Under the pieces are notes generated by a model. That model was not told the DNA's origin. It did not search any database and worked only from the letters and a program-made list of their open reading frames with translations. Both the position numbers and the translations under genes were made by a program. This document shows, piece by piece, positions 11,077 through 22,389 of a stretch of DNA of 64,000 nucleotides (position 1 is the stretch's first letter; the number at the start of each line of letters is the position of its first letter). Source of the stretch: Utricularia gibba (taxonomy: Eukaryota; Plantae; Magnoliophyta); the NCBI GenBank assembly GCA_002189035.1, contig NEEC01000013.1, positions 1,612,001 to 1,676,000 on the forward strand, in the 5' to 3' direction.

Positions 11077-13846
11077 TCACTTGTCGCTCTCCACAACTTC
11101 TACCGCCATGACAGGGATGGAGTCCCACCATTCCCTCAGCCGCCGGCTCCCCTCCTCGCTCTGCAGCTTCTTCCCCAGCTTCGACGTCGTCAGGAAAAGG
11201 TACAGTGTGGCGCCCATCAGCACGAATTTGAAGGGAACCAGAGCAAGCGCAATGGCGCAGCATGTCGTCACCGCCATGACGGCGTTCGTGTGCTGCGACG
11301 ACGGACGAGACAATGCGATGATCATGGTTGTCACTGTAGCAAGAAGGGAGGGTGATTTTGTTACCTTGGGAGCTTTTGAAACCAGAATTGACCAAGCCTT
11401 GAGCAATGCTACGCTTGTTTTCTGCATTGCTTGGTGTGCGGTTTGGAGACCATGTTGGGCGGAGACGAGATTCTCGATGATCGTCGATTGATTCGATTCT
11501 TTGAGAATGACAACCTTTTCCAGCCTCTCTGGGATTCTCTTCCATCTCGCCAGCAACATGTTTGCCACCAGCCACATCAGGAGAGCAGATATGCCCTTCC
11601 CGATCCACTCCCTGGACAGCCAAGAAATCGCATCCTGATATGTCAAAACAGAAAACCGACGTCCGACCGGAACTTTCTTACCTGTAGATGATTACCAGTG
11701 CAGCAACAATCACATATGAAGTGACCAACGGCTGTTCCCACTTGAGAATTCTTTGAGCCCAGGGAACCACACCTCCCACTGGCCTCAGTAGCCCCTAGAG
11801 ATGAAGAGGAGCATATCAGATCATGTAAGATTTCATGTAAACAGAGAGGGAAGCTTGAGAAATGAACTGAAATGGCCTCCTTACAATGAGGATTTGGGCA
11901 CTTTCACCGATGCCTTCCTCCCTAAGCCCGTCTAAGGTGGCTTTAGCAATGCCCACTTCTTTAGCTTCCTCTCTGGATTGGTCCATGGCGCTCTCCAGGG
12001 AGGCGAGATTATCAGGCTGCTGGACGAGTACTTTCTCGCTGCTGATCTCTTTCATCTTCACAGGGACGCTCTGCTGTGAGACATTCAGGTTCCTGAGGAT
12101 GGAGCTAGCGCTACATGGCTGCCCTGTTGTAAAAGTTTTCAGACTCTCAGCAAGCTCTCGCAAAACATAGTCCCCTTTTGGCAACTCATCCATCAGAGCG
12201 AATATTAGGAAGCTCTTAGGTTCTGGAGGTGAAATTCTAAGCATTTCTCTGGCTGCATGAAGCCTTATGATCCCCAGTATAGTTCTTGCATGGATCTCCC
12301 ATACTTCCAATGGGGAACTCACTTTGAATTTCGAAAGAAACTTGTGTAGTAACATGATTTCCTTGATGAGAGCAAGCCAATGGTCGCGTCTCGTCGAGCT
12401 TGTTATCTCCGGGAACTCTAGTACAACACCTTCTTGCCTGAAACTAGTGAATCAGTAAACTTCTCCTTGCAATGGAGAAGACATAACAGAGCAATGCAAT
12501 AAAATCCCGGAATATACTCACAGCTGAGACGATTCGTAAACCACGGCTTTGTCGAAAAGAGGAGCACCCCATGGACCAGTTGCCGCTGGTTTTACACTCT
12601 GCTCAACGTCTTGTGAAAGATCAAGCTTAATGGCATCCTCGTAATGCAGAACTGCTGAGGCCTCAAAATAAATAGCATAATTTGTCAGCGTCAGCCTACC
12701 TAGAAGCAACAGATTCATCTTTCAGTCCTGAGAAGGGATGGTGAGTGATTCATAACAGAAAAAAAAACTGTAGAAATGGCACCATACCGGGCCAACTAGT
12801 TCCTCCAATATGACGGATTACTCTCTGGGAACTCAAAGTTCCCTCCACATGCAATATGAATTCATCGTCTGCTAAAACCACACCTTTTGGGATCTCTTGT
12901 TTTTGTAAATGCTTCACACATCTGGAAATATCAGGAGAAATTTAGTTACCTAGCATGAGCTTTTGATGCCAAAGGCCACAGCAAAGTAGAGATGTTGATA
13001 AACGAACCCCTGGATCTCCTTGAAAAATTTGTCATAACCAGGAAAATGAAGCCGATTCGCAGTCGGTGCGGTTAATGTCTCGAATGCAAATCTTCCATTC
13101 ACTGTGTCAGCTGCCACAGGGACAAGTTTTACTAACCAGAAAAACGCATCTTCGCCCACAGTTGGTTCTCGATCAACCTTTCAATGAAGGGGGAATACAT
13201 ATTACTATCTCACAAGGGTTATGTGACTTTAAAGTGAATAAGCATTGGAAGAAACTTGCTTACAAGAAGTGGTAAGATGTCCGAATAGAAGAGGGGAACC
13301 TCATCTTGAATCTGATTTTCAGTCACTAAAACTTTCTTTTCCTCTTTCTCTTTCGCAGCACACTCCTGGAGATTAAAGGGGAACCTGAGAATCATCATCA
13401 TAAACACGACAATCACATGAACTGAAATCGAGTTTCCCTGTTCCTACCGCGTGTGCTTCTTGTTCTGCAGAGGTTGGCATCTCCCACGCAAGCATCATGT
13501 CAAAGGTGATACGGCTAAAGGAAGCGTTGCTGATTGTTTCACCGATGGCGCCACACGCAACTGTGAGTGCTTTAGAGCTGCAAAACTCCACCAATTTCCG
13601 AGAATAATCGCTGGTCTCCGGCTCCCATACCCTCTCAAATTCCTCAACAAGAGAATCAAAGGAAGTATCGAGCTTTCTGCGAGAAATCACAATCCCTCAA
13701 TCCAAAAAATCATAAACGCGATTGATCATCATACGGGTTTGCAAAAACACGGAAGAAACTCCTGAAACGAACATTGGATGAGAGATTTACCGTGCGCATC
13801 TTCCAATGACGTCGTTGGCAAAGGTAGAGAGGTGCTTCTTCTCCAT
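11077..13846 (-). CDS. DUF639 plant protein of unknown function (C-terminal TM region), about 10 exons
   Basis: Starts MEKKHLSTFANDVIGRCA; also SRKLVEFCSSK, GEDAFFWL, HIGGTSWPGRLTLTNYAIYFE, TGPWGAPLFDKAV, RRDHWLALIKEI and RRLREWWDSIP. Exon phases were checked and are consistent. Confidence 0.9.
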
Positions 13847-14621
13847 TGTTTACACTTGAATACTTCAGCACAATTCAATTGAGTGACAGAATCATAAAAA
13901 CATTCCTCTTCTTCGCAGAGGGATCACAATGAACCGCTTGACACGCCGTGGTCTCATGTGCAGCCACGTGGAAGCCCTCTATCAACGTGGCAGTTGCTAA
14001 CGTTAGAAACCATACAGCTTCCATGAATGGGGAAAAAAGAATTGACGATGAGATATCAGAGAACATCGGAAGTGGAGATTTTTGTCCCAACCCATGTCGG
14101 GAAAACACGGAAAAGTGCATGAGGAAGCGACGAAAATGAAACAAACGAATGAATCTGGATTGCATCGTGGAACAATTGAAAGCAATTTTGGAGATGCCCT
14201 GTGTCTTCTTTGCGCTCCCTGCCGCTTTTGGGTAGCGGCCCGGTGGCTGTCGGCTGAGATTTCCGGCAATTTGCTGTAGCCGGGAATGACCTGAAACGCT
14301 CAATCAGAAATGTAGAAGACATCTGGTAATTTTTCTCTGGAAAAAATGTCCAATCTTGACTAACCCTAGGCCGTGTTTGCGTGCAAGAACAATGCCTCCA
14401 ATTGGCATTTCCCTCCTAACGGGTTACTGTTTTCGAAAAGGGGCGTGATGGGATCTTCATGACGAAGGAGTCGAAAAGCGAAAGCTAAAGGACGGCTGGT
14501 CGGTGGAATCCTCGTCAAAAGCGACCTCCTTTCAAAATGGCTCCAAGATCTTGCGATCAAGGCTACTGCTTTATCACTTCTTCTCCTTTCTTCAACCTCA
14601 AATCTCCATACTTACTTTCCG

Positions 14622-17528
14622 ATGGCCACCGTCCACAAGCTCACCGTCGAAGTCGCTGATGCTCGAAAACTCATGCCTAAAGATGGCTACGGCACCTCAA
14701 GTCCCTACGCGGTTCTTGAGTTTCACGGCCAACGTAAGAAGACCAAGACGGTGGTTCGAGACTTGAATCCCGTCTGGAACGAAATCCTGCAATTCGATGT
14801 CCGGAAAACTTCGGAGGTTTTCGGCGATGTACTCGAGATCACCGTTTTTCATGATCGAAGCGTCGGGCCGACTTCCCGGAATAATTTCCTCGGTCGGCTA
14901 CGACTGAGCTCCGGCCAATTTGTGAAGAAAGGTGAAGAAGCGTTGATATATTATCCACTGGAGAAGAGAAATTTCTTTTCATGGATCAGGGGTGATATTG
15001 GCCTAAAAATTTACTTTCAAGACGAGGCTGCAGCAGCACAGCCGTCTCCTCCGGAGGTTAACCCCGAACCAGCGCCGCCGGCGTCCAATGAGTCTTCCGA
15101 GAAGAATGAAGGGCCACCAACAGACGGTGAGAAGCCAAATGTGGAAGCAACAGACCAAGTTCAACAGGAGACTACGAATCCGGTATCCGAAGGTAATAGC
15201 ACAGAAGGTGAACGACTCAATGCTTCGCAAACATCAGGAATTGCACCGCCGCAAACCAACGGTTTAACTCAGCCAATAAGGCCTGTTACATCAGTGAGTA
15301 GCTTCATTTCCGGTAAGTTGGCCATTGAAAAATCTGCATTTGATCTTGTGGAGAAAATGTATTACCTCTTCATTCGTGTGGTGCAAGCTCGGGCTCTTCC
15401 CACTTCCGGTAGCCCTGTGGTGAAAATATCTGTTTCTGGCGCCCAGATTTTCTCCAATCCATCCCGGAGAACCGCGTTCTTTGATTGGGATCAGACGTTT
15501 GCTTTCCGTCGTGATTCCCCTGAATCCGAGGGCATTCTCGAAATTTCCGTTTGGGAGTCACCGGAAGCTGTTGAATTCTTCGGCGGCGTTTGCTTTGAGG
15601 TTGCTGAGATCCCATTGCGTGATCCACCTGATAGTCCCCTGGCACCGCAATGGTACCGCCTTGAAGGCGGTGGATCTCACTGTGGAGATCTGATGTTGGC
15701 TACTTGGATCGGAACTCAAGCTGATGAATCATTCCCGGAGGCATGGAAATCGGACACCACCGGAAATCGGTGCTCTGAATCGAAGGTGTACCAATCTCCG
15801 AAACTCTGGTACCTAAGGGCAACAGTCATTGAAGCTCAAGACATTTCAGTGAAACTTCCGCTGAAAAATTCCTCTTTTCATATTAAGGCTCAGTTGGGAT
15901 TTCAAGTTCAGAAGACAAAATCAGTTCCGATCACCACCGTTTCTCCGTCATGGAACGAGAGCTTGATGTTTGTCGCTGCGGAGCCTTTCAGGGAGCACGA
16001 TCTTTCATTCTTCTTGATCGAAAACAGGCCTACAAATGAGCGAGTCGTCGTTGGAGTATCTCGAGTGCCGTTAAACTCAATAGAACGGCGGGTGGATGAT
16101 CGGGAAGTTGCATCGCGGTGGTTTTTGGTGGAGGATCCAAACGAAGACAAGAAGATATACAGAGGAAGACTCCATACCCGTCTATTCTTCGACGGCGGTT
16201 ATCACGTGATGGATGAAGGCGCTAGCTTCTGCAGCGATTTTCGGCCGACGGCTAGGCAGCTCTGGCAACCGTCAATCGGAAGCATCGAACTTGGCCTCAT
16301 CGGTTGTAAGAATCTCCTCCCGATGAAATCGCTCACCGGAAATGGCTCCACGGACGCTTATGCCGTGGCGAAGTACGGCGGCAAGTGGGTACGTACCCGC
16401 ACAGTTTCCGATTGCCTGGAGCCGAAATGGAACGAGCAGTACACGTGGCGTGTGTACGATCCATCGACGGTATTAACGGTAGGGGTTTTTGATGACCGGG
16501 AAACATTCGGATCCGACGGTGATAAAGACTCCACGTGGCGAGATCTCAGTATGGGTAAGGTACGGATTCGTCTCTCTACTCTGGCCACCGGAAAGGTGTA
16601 CCGGAGCGTATTTCCGCTGCTTGTGATAACTCGGACGGGCTTGAAGAGGACCGGCGAGATAGAACTTGCCGTAAGATTCGCGCGTGAAACTCCGGCCCTG
16701 GATCACTTACACTTATACTCCCAGCCGTTTTTACCAACTATGCACCACTTGAAGCCTCTAGGCGTGGCGCAGCAAGAGGCTCTCAGGGCGGCGGCGACGA
16801 AGATCACCGCTGAACACTTATCACAGGCGGAGCCGCCCCTCCGTAGCGCCGTGGTGGCATGCATTCTCGACGCCGATTCTAACGTATTCAGCATGAGAAA
16901 GCTCCGGGCGAATTGGATGAGGATTTTAAGCGTCGCCTCCGGCCTGGTCACCGCCATGAAATGGGTAGGTGACACGCGATCGTGGAAGAATCCGACCTCG
17001 ACGGCGCTGGTGCACCTATTGCTCGTGATACTGATTTGCTTCCCCGATCTGATTCTCCCGACGGCAGCTTTCTACATCTTTAGCGTCGGCGCGTGGCACT
17101 ACCGCTCCCATCGGAGAAAATCGCTGCCGCAAATCGATCTGAAGCTGTCATTAGCGGAGATGGTCGACGGAGATGAATTGGACGAGGAATTCGACACGGT
17201 GCCGTGCAGTAGACCGGACGAAATCATACGCGTCCGATACGATAAACTGCGGATGATAGGGACACGTGTTCAGATCCTCCTGGGAGATATTGCATCTCTG
17301 TTGGAAAAATTTCAGGCGCTGGTGACGTGGCTGGACCCATATGCCGCCGGAATTTTTACCGGCATCTGCTTGCTGTCTGGGTTGCTGCTGTATCTGGTTC
17401 CGTGGAAGGCCGTGGCTACCGCCGCTGGGTTTTACTACCTGAGGCATCCGGTGTTCCGTCACCGGAAGCCCGCGGCGGCGGTTAATTTTTTCCGGAGGCT
17501 CCCTTCCCTCTCTGACCAGATCCTGTGA
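14622..17528 (+). CDS. MCTP16: Multiple C2 domain and transmembrane region protein (MCTP16/QUIRKY family), single exon, 968 aa
   Basis: N-terminal C2 (KLTVEVADARKLMPKDGYGTSSPY), further C2 domains (YQSPKLWYLRATVIEAQD; STDAYAVAKYGGKWVRTRT) and a PRT_C-type membrane region (DELDEEFDTVP..RYDKLR). Confidence 0.93.
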   Translation: MATVHKLTVEVADARKLMPKDGYGTSSPYAVLEFHGQRKKTKTVVRDLNPVWNEILQFDVRKTSEVFGDVLEITVFHDRSVGPTSRNNFLGRLRLSSGQFVKKGEEALIYYPLEKRNFFSWIRGDIGLKIYFQDEAAAAQPSPPEVNPEPAPPASNESSEKNEGPPTDGEKPNVEATDQVQQETTNPVSEGNSTEGERLNASQTSGIAPPQTNGLTQPIRPVTSVSSFISGKLAIEKSAFDLVEKMYYLFIRVVQARALPTSGSPVVKISVSGAQIFSNPSRRTAFFDWDQTFAFRRDSPESEGILEISVWESPEAVEFFGGVCFEVAEIPLRDPPDSPLAPQWYRLEGGGSHCGDLMLATWIGTQADESFPEAWKSDTTGNRCSESKVYQSPKLWYLRATVIEAQDISVKLPLKNSSFHIKAQLGFQVQKTKSVPITTVSPSWNESLMFVAAEPFREHDLSFFLIENRPTNERVVVGVSRVPLNSIERRVDDREVASRWFLVEDPNEDKKIYRGRLHTRLFFDGGYHVMDEGASFCSDFRPTARQLWQPSIGSIELGLIGCKNLLPMKSLTGNGSTDAYAVAKYGGKWVRTRTVSDCLEPKWNEQYTWRVYDPSTVLTVGVFDDRETFGSDGDKDSTWRDLSMGKVRIRLSTLATGKVYRSVFPLLVITRTGLKRTGEIELAVRFARETPALDHLHLYSQPFLPTMHHLKPLGVAQQEALRAAATKITAEHLSQAEPPLRSAVVACILDADSNVFSMRKLRANWMRILSVASGLVTAMKWVGDTRSWKNPTSTALVHLLLVILICFPDLILPTAAFYIFSVGAWHYRSHRRKSLPQIDLKLSLAEMVDGDELDEEFDTVPCSRPDEIIRVRYDKLRMIGTRVQILLGDIASLLEKFQALVTWLDPYAAGIFTGICLLSGLLLYLVPWKAVATAAGFYYLRHPVFRHRKPAAAVNFFRRLPSLSDQIL

Positions 17529-18517
17529 TCTTGAGAATTTCAAACGTATGTTCATGGAAATTTTTATGAAATTAAAGCTAGTTTTTTTGGAACCAAAAAT
17601 CAATTTCTATTATATTCATATTTTTTATAAATTAATTCAAGTATTAATTTTTTAAAAAATAATTATTAAATTATAATTTACTATCAATATATTTAAATCA
17701 TTATAATAATGTGAAATATAATTTAAAATATTTAATCATATTTAATAATATAAGTAATTTAGCTGATAAAAAAATATAAATAATTTACAAAGTATATTTT
17801 TTTTTGATTCAGAAAGTATAATTATTAATGAATATAGAGAAATATATTATTTTCTTATAAACATCATTTTATACTTTTTTTTTTATCATAATCACTTGTG
17901 AAATTGTCTTTTTCAAACATAATCTAAACATTCCATGGAATTCCGGTCATTTACAAATTTGACCACCTATAGTTTCTTTCTCACACACTCAAAAGAATAT
18001 ATTAAAAATTATATCATAAGATGACCAAATTCTAATGACCAGATTTTGTTCACCTAAGACACCTGGTACATCAGACAAGGGTGCCAGATTATGCCATGAT
18101 CGAGGTCGATCAATCGACTAGGCCCATTGTCCAGATCGGCGGTTCGACCGGGTTGTTGCGAGTGTGGGCCGTGCGGCCAGGAACAGGTTCTCAATCTGGA
18201 CCTCATTTCGTCTAGATTCGTTTTTTTAATTTTATGCAAAAGGACGGACAGGTGACCTAGTGAAGCAAACATCAATTATTGGGCCACTGGCCGACCAATT
18301 ATTTACCCATGTTATTTTTTAATAGGTTTAATCTTTATTTATGCATACTTTAATTGATATTTTTAAAGATAAAAAAGGGGAAATTGACGCAATAATGAAG
18401 AAAAAATAGCTGAAAAATCAAGAATTCTTTATTTATGATATCAGCCCCGCCTCATTGCCACCAGTTTGGTTTTTCACGCTACGCCGCATCCTATCTGAAA
18501 CGGCGTCGTCTTCTCTG

Positions 18518-19987
18518 ATGCCGACCGGTGGAGTTCGCCACGCTTCCCCGCCGCCTCAGGGGTCTGAGGAAGAGGAGAAATGGCTGTGGTCTCAAATCGT
18601 ATCGGAGGCTCGATGCGACGCCGAGGCGGAGCCCGCTCTCGCCAGTTACCTATATTCCACGATCCTTTCCCACTCTTCACTCGAGCGCTCCCTCGCGTTT
18701 CACTTGGGGAACAAGCTCTGCTCCTCCACACTGCTCTCCACTCTTCTCTACGATATCTTCCTCGATGTATTCTCCAACGACGACGGACTCCGCTCCGCCA
18801 CGGTTGCCGATTTGCGTGCCGCGCGGGAACGCGATCCCGCCTGCGTTTCATTTTCTCATTGTCTTCTTAATTACAAGGGTTTCCTCGCTCTCCAGGTTTT
18901 TCCTTCATTAGAACTCAATTGAATCCTGAATTTCTGAAATTTTTGTTTCTTAAATTGAAAGCGTCCTGTTTAAAGAGGGCTTCGTTCTTCAGTTGAAGGC
19001 AGTATCTGAAAATCGAGCGTTTATTTACATTGCATCACGGATAGAGATGTTCCCTTCATGATGGTTACATGGTGTACAACATTTTCAATGCAAAAATCCT
19101 TCTTTTTTTGCTGCACAGTGGATTGAGTTGAGAATTCCGTGGGTTTTTGTTATCTTCTTCGTAGCTTCATCTAAACTTTCGTGTTTTGATATGAATTTGG
19201 CAAATGTGTGCTGCTGGTACATCTGTATCAGGGAAGTTCAGAATTGCTTCTGTATTTGTGCGGATTTGCAGGCTTCTTCTCTTCAAGGTTCTAAGATTTG
19301 AATCTTTGGATGAAGACTTTATGCGAATCTGAGGAATATTGACTTGATATCAAAACGTGACCATAATTGCTTCAAGTGCTTTTCTTTTTGCATTGTTTTC
19401 ATCTGTTGGTTGTAGTCATTTTCATGAGGCCTTGAGGAAAGCAGATTGCTCTTAGAGGTCATTTTCTTTGTGCCTAACTGATGAGTTGTTTTCAGGCGCA
19501 CAGAGTGGCTCACAATCTGTGGACTCAGTCTCGGAAGCCTCTAGCCCTTGCTCTTCAAGCACGGATCTCTGATGTCTTCGCTGTCGATATCCACCCCGCT
19601 GCGCAGTTCGGGAAAGGGATCCTCCTCGACCATGCCACCGGAGTTGTGGTTGGCGAGACGGCTGTGATCGGAAACAATGTATCCATACTCCACCATGTGA
19701 CGTTAGGTGGAACCGGAAAAGTTGGTGGTGATCGGCACCCCAAGATTGGTGACGGAGTGTTGATCGGAGCTGCAGCAACCATCTTGGGCAACATAAAAAT
19801 AGGGGAAGGGGCGAAGATCGGTGCCGGGTCAGTTGTCCTCATCGATGTGCCACCGCGAACCACCGCGGTGGGGAACCCGGCGAGATTGATCGGCGGGAAA
19901 CAGCAACCCAAAAGGCATGAAGACATCCCCGGCGAATCCATGGACCACACGTCTTTCATTTCTGAATGGTCAGATTACATAATATGA
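18518..19987 (+). CDS. SAT5: Serine acetyltransferase, cytosolic SERAT1;1/SAT5 type; exons 18518-18895, 19496-19987
   Basis: EPALASYLYSTILSHSSLER, KGFLALQ|AHRVAH, hexapeptide repeats (LLDHATGVVVGETAVIG; TLGGTGK..DRHPKIG) and the C-terminal SEWSDYII that binds OAS-TL. Confidence 0.95.
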
Positions 19988-22389
19988 CCCCAAAAGTGAA
20001 CTCAGATGCTCTCTTCCATCATCAAATGAAAACACGAATTTTCTTAGTATGATTTTAGTCGACGGAGAGCGAGCTCCGCCGTTAGCGGCATGTTCCTTCT
20101 CCGATCATCGGGGCAGCACTGCTACTTGTGTAATGTTGTTTCATTTTTTAGATGTTATAAAATCGTAATGACTTCAGTAAGGCGGTAGGGTTTTTACTCT
20201 TTGGAATGATGAAGAGGAGGAGCAGATCTGATAGTTTATCGCCTGCGATTCTTCTTCAATCGGGATCTGGAATCAGCGGTTTCACACTGCTGTGGCCTGT
20301 GGCTCCGCCGTGAACGGAATTGACCGGTTAAGGTGTCCTTTACGCTGTCGTTTCAGTTGTTCATGATCTGTCGGATCTGAAGCGAGGTATCTGGTGCAGA
20401 TTTTATCACATTCACGCGTTTCATTGACTGAATCACGACATCAGGACCGAGGACGTCGATCGCGCTTCTTGTTCGATCGATTTCGATCTGCAGACCTGAG
20501 GTTTCATGAGTCATTTGGAGCTTACTTAGTTCAATGACTTTGTTGGGTCGTCATATCTGAATTGAAGATTTCTTTCAATGATTATTTTTGTTTTGCAATG
20601 TGTTCTACGGAGATGAGTTTTCTTTTTACATTTTCAGATCCTTGAGATGGATTCTCCGGCGCTGTCTTGCACAAACAGTTCGATGCCCAGAATCCAACAC
20701 TAAACCCGGGGAACTCAACTGAGTGTGATTTTCCTGATTTGAGTTTGGCATGAGGTACTAGGAAACCGATATGGAATCACGACATAAACACCAAGGATTC
20801 CGATCCTTTTTGTTTTCAATCTCAATAGTGTCCTCAGCCATTTCTCCCTGTCGTGTAGAGCTAAAGGTGTTGGCTTCGTCATGGGTTGATTGCTGGAGAC
20901 TCCTCAGATCCTTCAGTTGGTGTCACCGCGCTGTAGTAAACGTCTTGATGCCTAGATTCCAGAAACAGAACCAGCAATGTGAAGGGAGAAAGCAAGACAT
21001 GTCAACGAGATGGACCGTCTGTTTCCCTATGCCCACTGGTAAGAGCTATACATTTAATCCGGATTGACCATAAAAGAAGTGGCTTTCAAAATTGATCTAT
21101 ATTGGTTCTTGAACCAGAGAATGGATACACAACAGCTGAAGATTTCTGCCAAATATTATCCTTCCATAGGTACAAAGTAGGAAGCCCACCAATTTATGAA
21201 TGCGGAATGCCTACTGTTGACTTCTATTAAGAATCATATATTGCCCCCTCTGGCGCAAAGCTCCATAGCCCGGAAACATGTATCGTAGTGGCATTGGTAG
21301 CTTCCCTTGAGTTACTAAATGTTTGACTTCATTTATTGCTCTTGAATGAGTTTTGCCTTTGCTATACTTCTTCCGGTGAAGCCATCAGATCTCCATATGG
21401 CGATTCCAGTTTGAAGGGTTACCACTTTCCAAGCCCATTTTCTTTTAATAATCTTACAACCTGTTGCTTTGCCTCCACGGGGCAAGACAGGTATGAAATT
21501 TGAAATGAGAAAATTGCAAAAATAATACCTCAAGTTTCAATCAATATAAATAGCATAATCCCAAGTTTGGAAATTGTAAAAAAGGCAACTCAAAATCCAA
21601 ATAATTTTCAAATTTTTTTAAAAATGAATCAAACATGAAAGATTAAGAATGCATCAAATACCTGGAAATAATAAGTTAAAAATGAAATGTTAAATATATA
21701 AAAAAAATATCAAACAATTTTCAAAATCGTTCAATAAAAATCTAAACATGATAGATTAAATATGTAATTTTATAAATTAGGGAGTAAATTGTTTATAAAA
21801 AATGTAAGTTGAAGAACATATGATGCAATTTTGAAATATGGGGATTAAACTATTTATACTAACTGTAACATGACACGTGTCACCGCCAAACTTCACCCGA
21901 AATGAAATAGACAATTTTAACCGGTGGATTGTTTCTTTGAATCTGGTATGCTTGCCCCTGAATGCATTCGAGTTGGGCCCTCGGTATGTTTAGATGAGCT
22001 AGAAAAGCTCAAAAGTGCAATACTGATGAGCCTTGCCCACACAGAAGCCCATAGGAATGACCTCCTGGGCTGCGCCTGTCCAATTTCATGCCCACAAGTC
22101 GGGACAGTAACCGCGCGATCTTCGGGCCGATTGGGTCTTGTCTCGTTGTCTCCTATGGGCTATTTCGTAACTTCAACCCGATGCTAAAAGACAATGAAAA
22201 CGGAATTTGCAGGAAAACAGGTGAAAAACGATCCTGCATCTTAATTAGACCCAATAAGTCGATATTCGTGTTTTTTTTTTAATTTTTAATTTTAATCGGG
22301 ATTTATATAGTCGATATAATTAATTAACTCATAGTAAAATGAGTAAGTTTTTAGTTTAGATTTGGATGTGCATCGCCAATTGGCGGCAA

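Noticed and set aside
13875-14322. Several overlapping 60-140 aa ORFs between DUF639 and MCTP
   Set aside because: They lie in the shared divergent promoter/5' UTR region, have no homology signal and have non-ATG starts.
20200-20230. C/D-box-like motifs ATGATGA..CTGA
   Set aside because: The boxes are only about 20 nt apart with no terminal stem, too short for a snoRNA.
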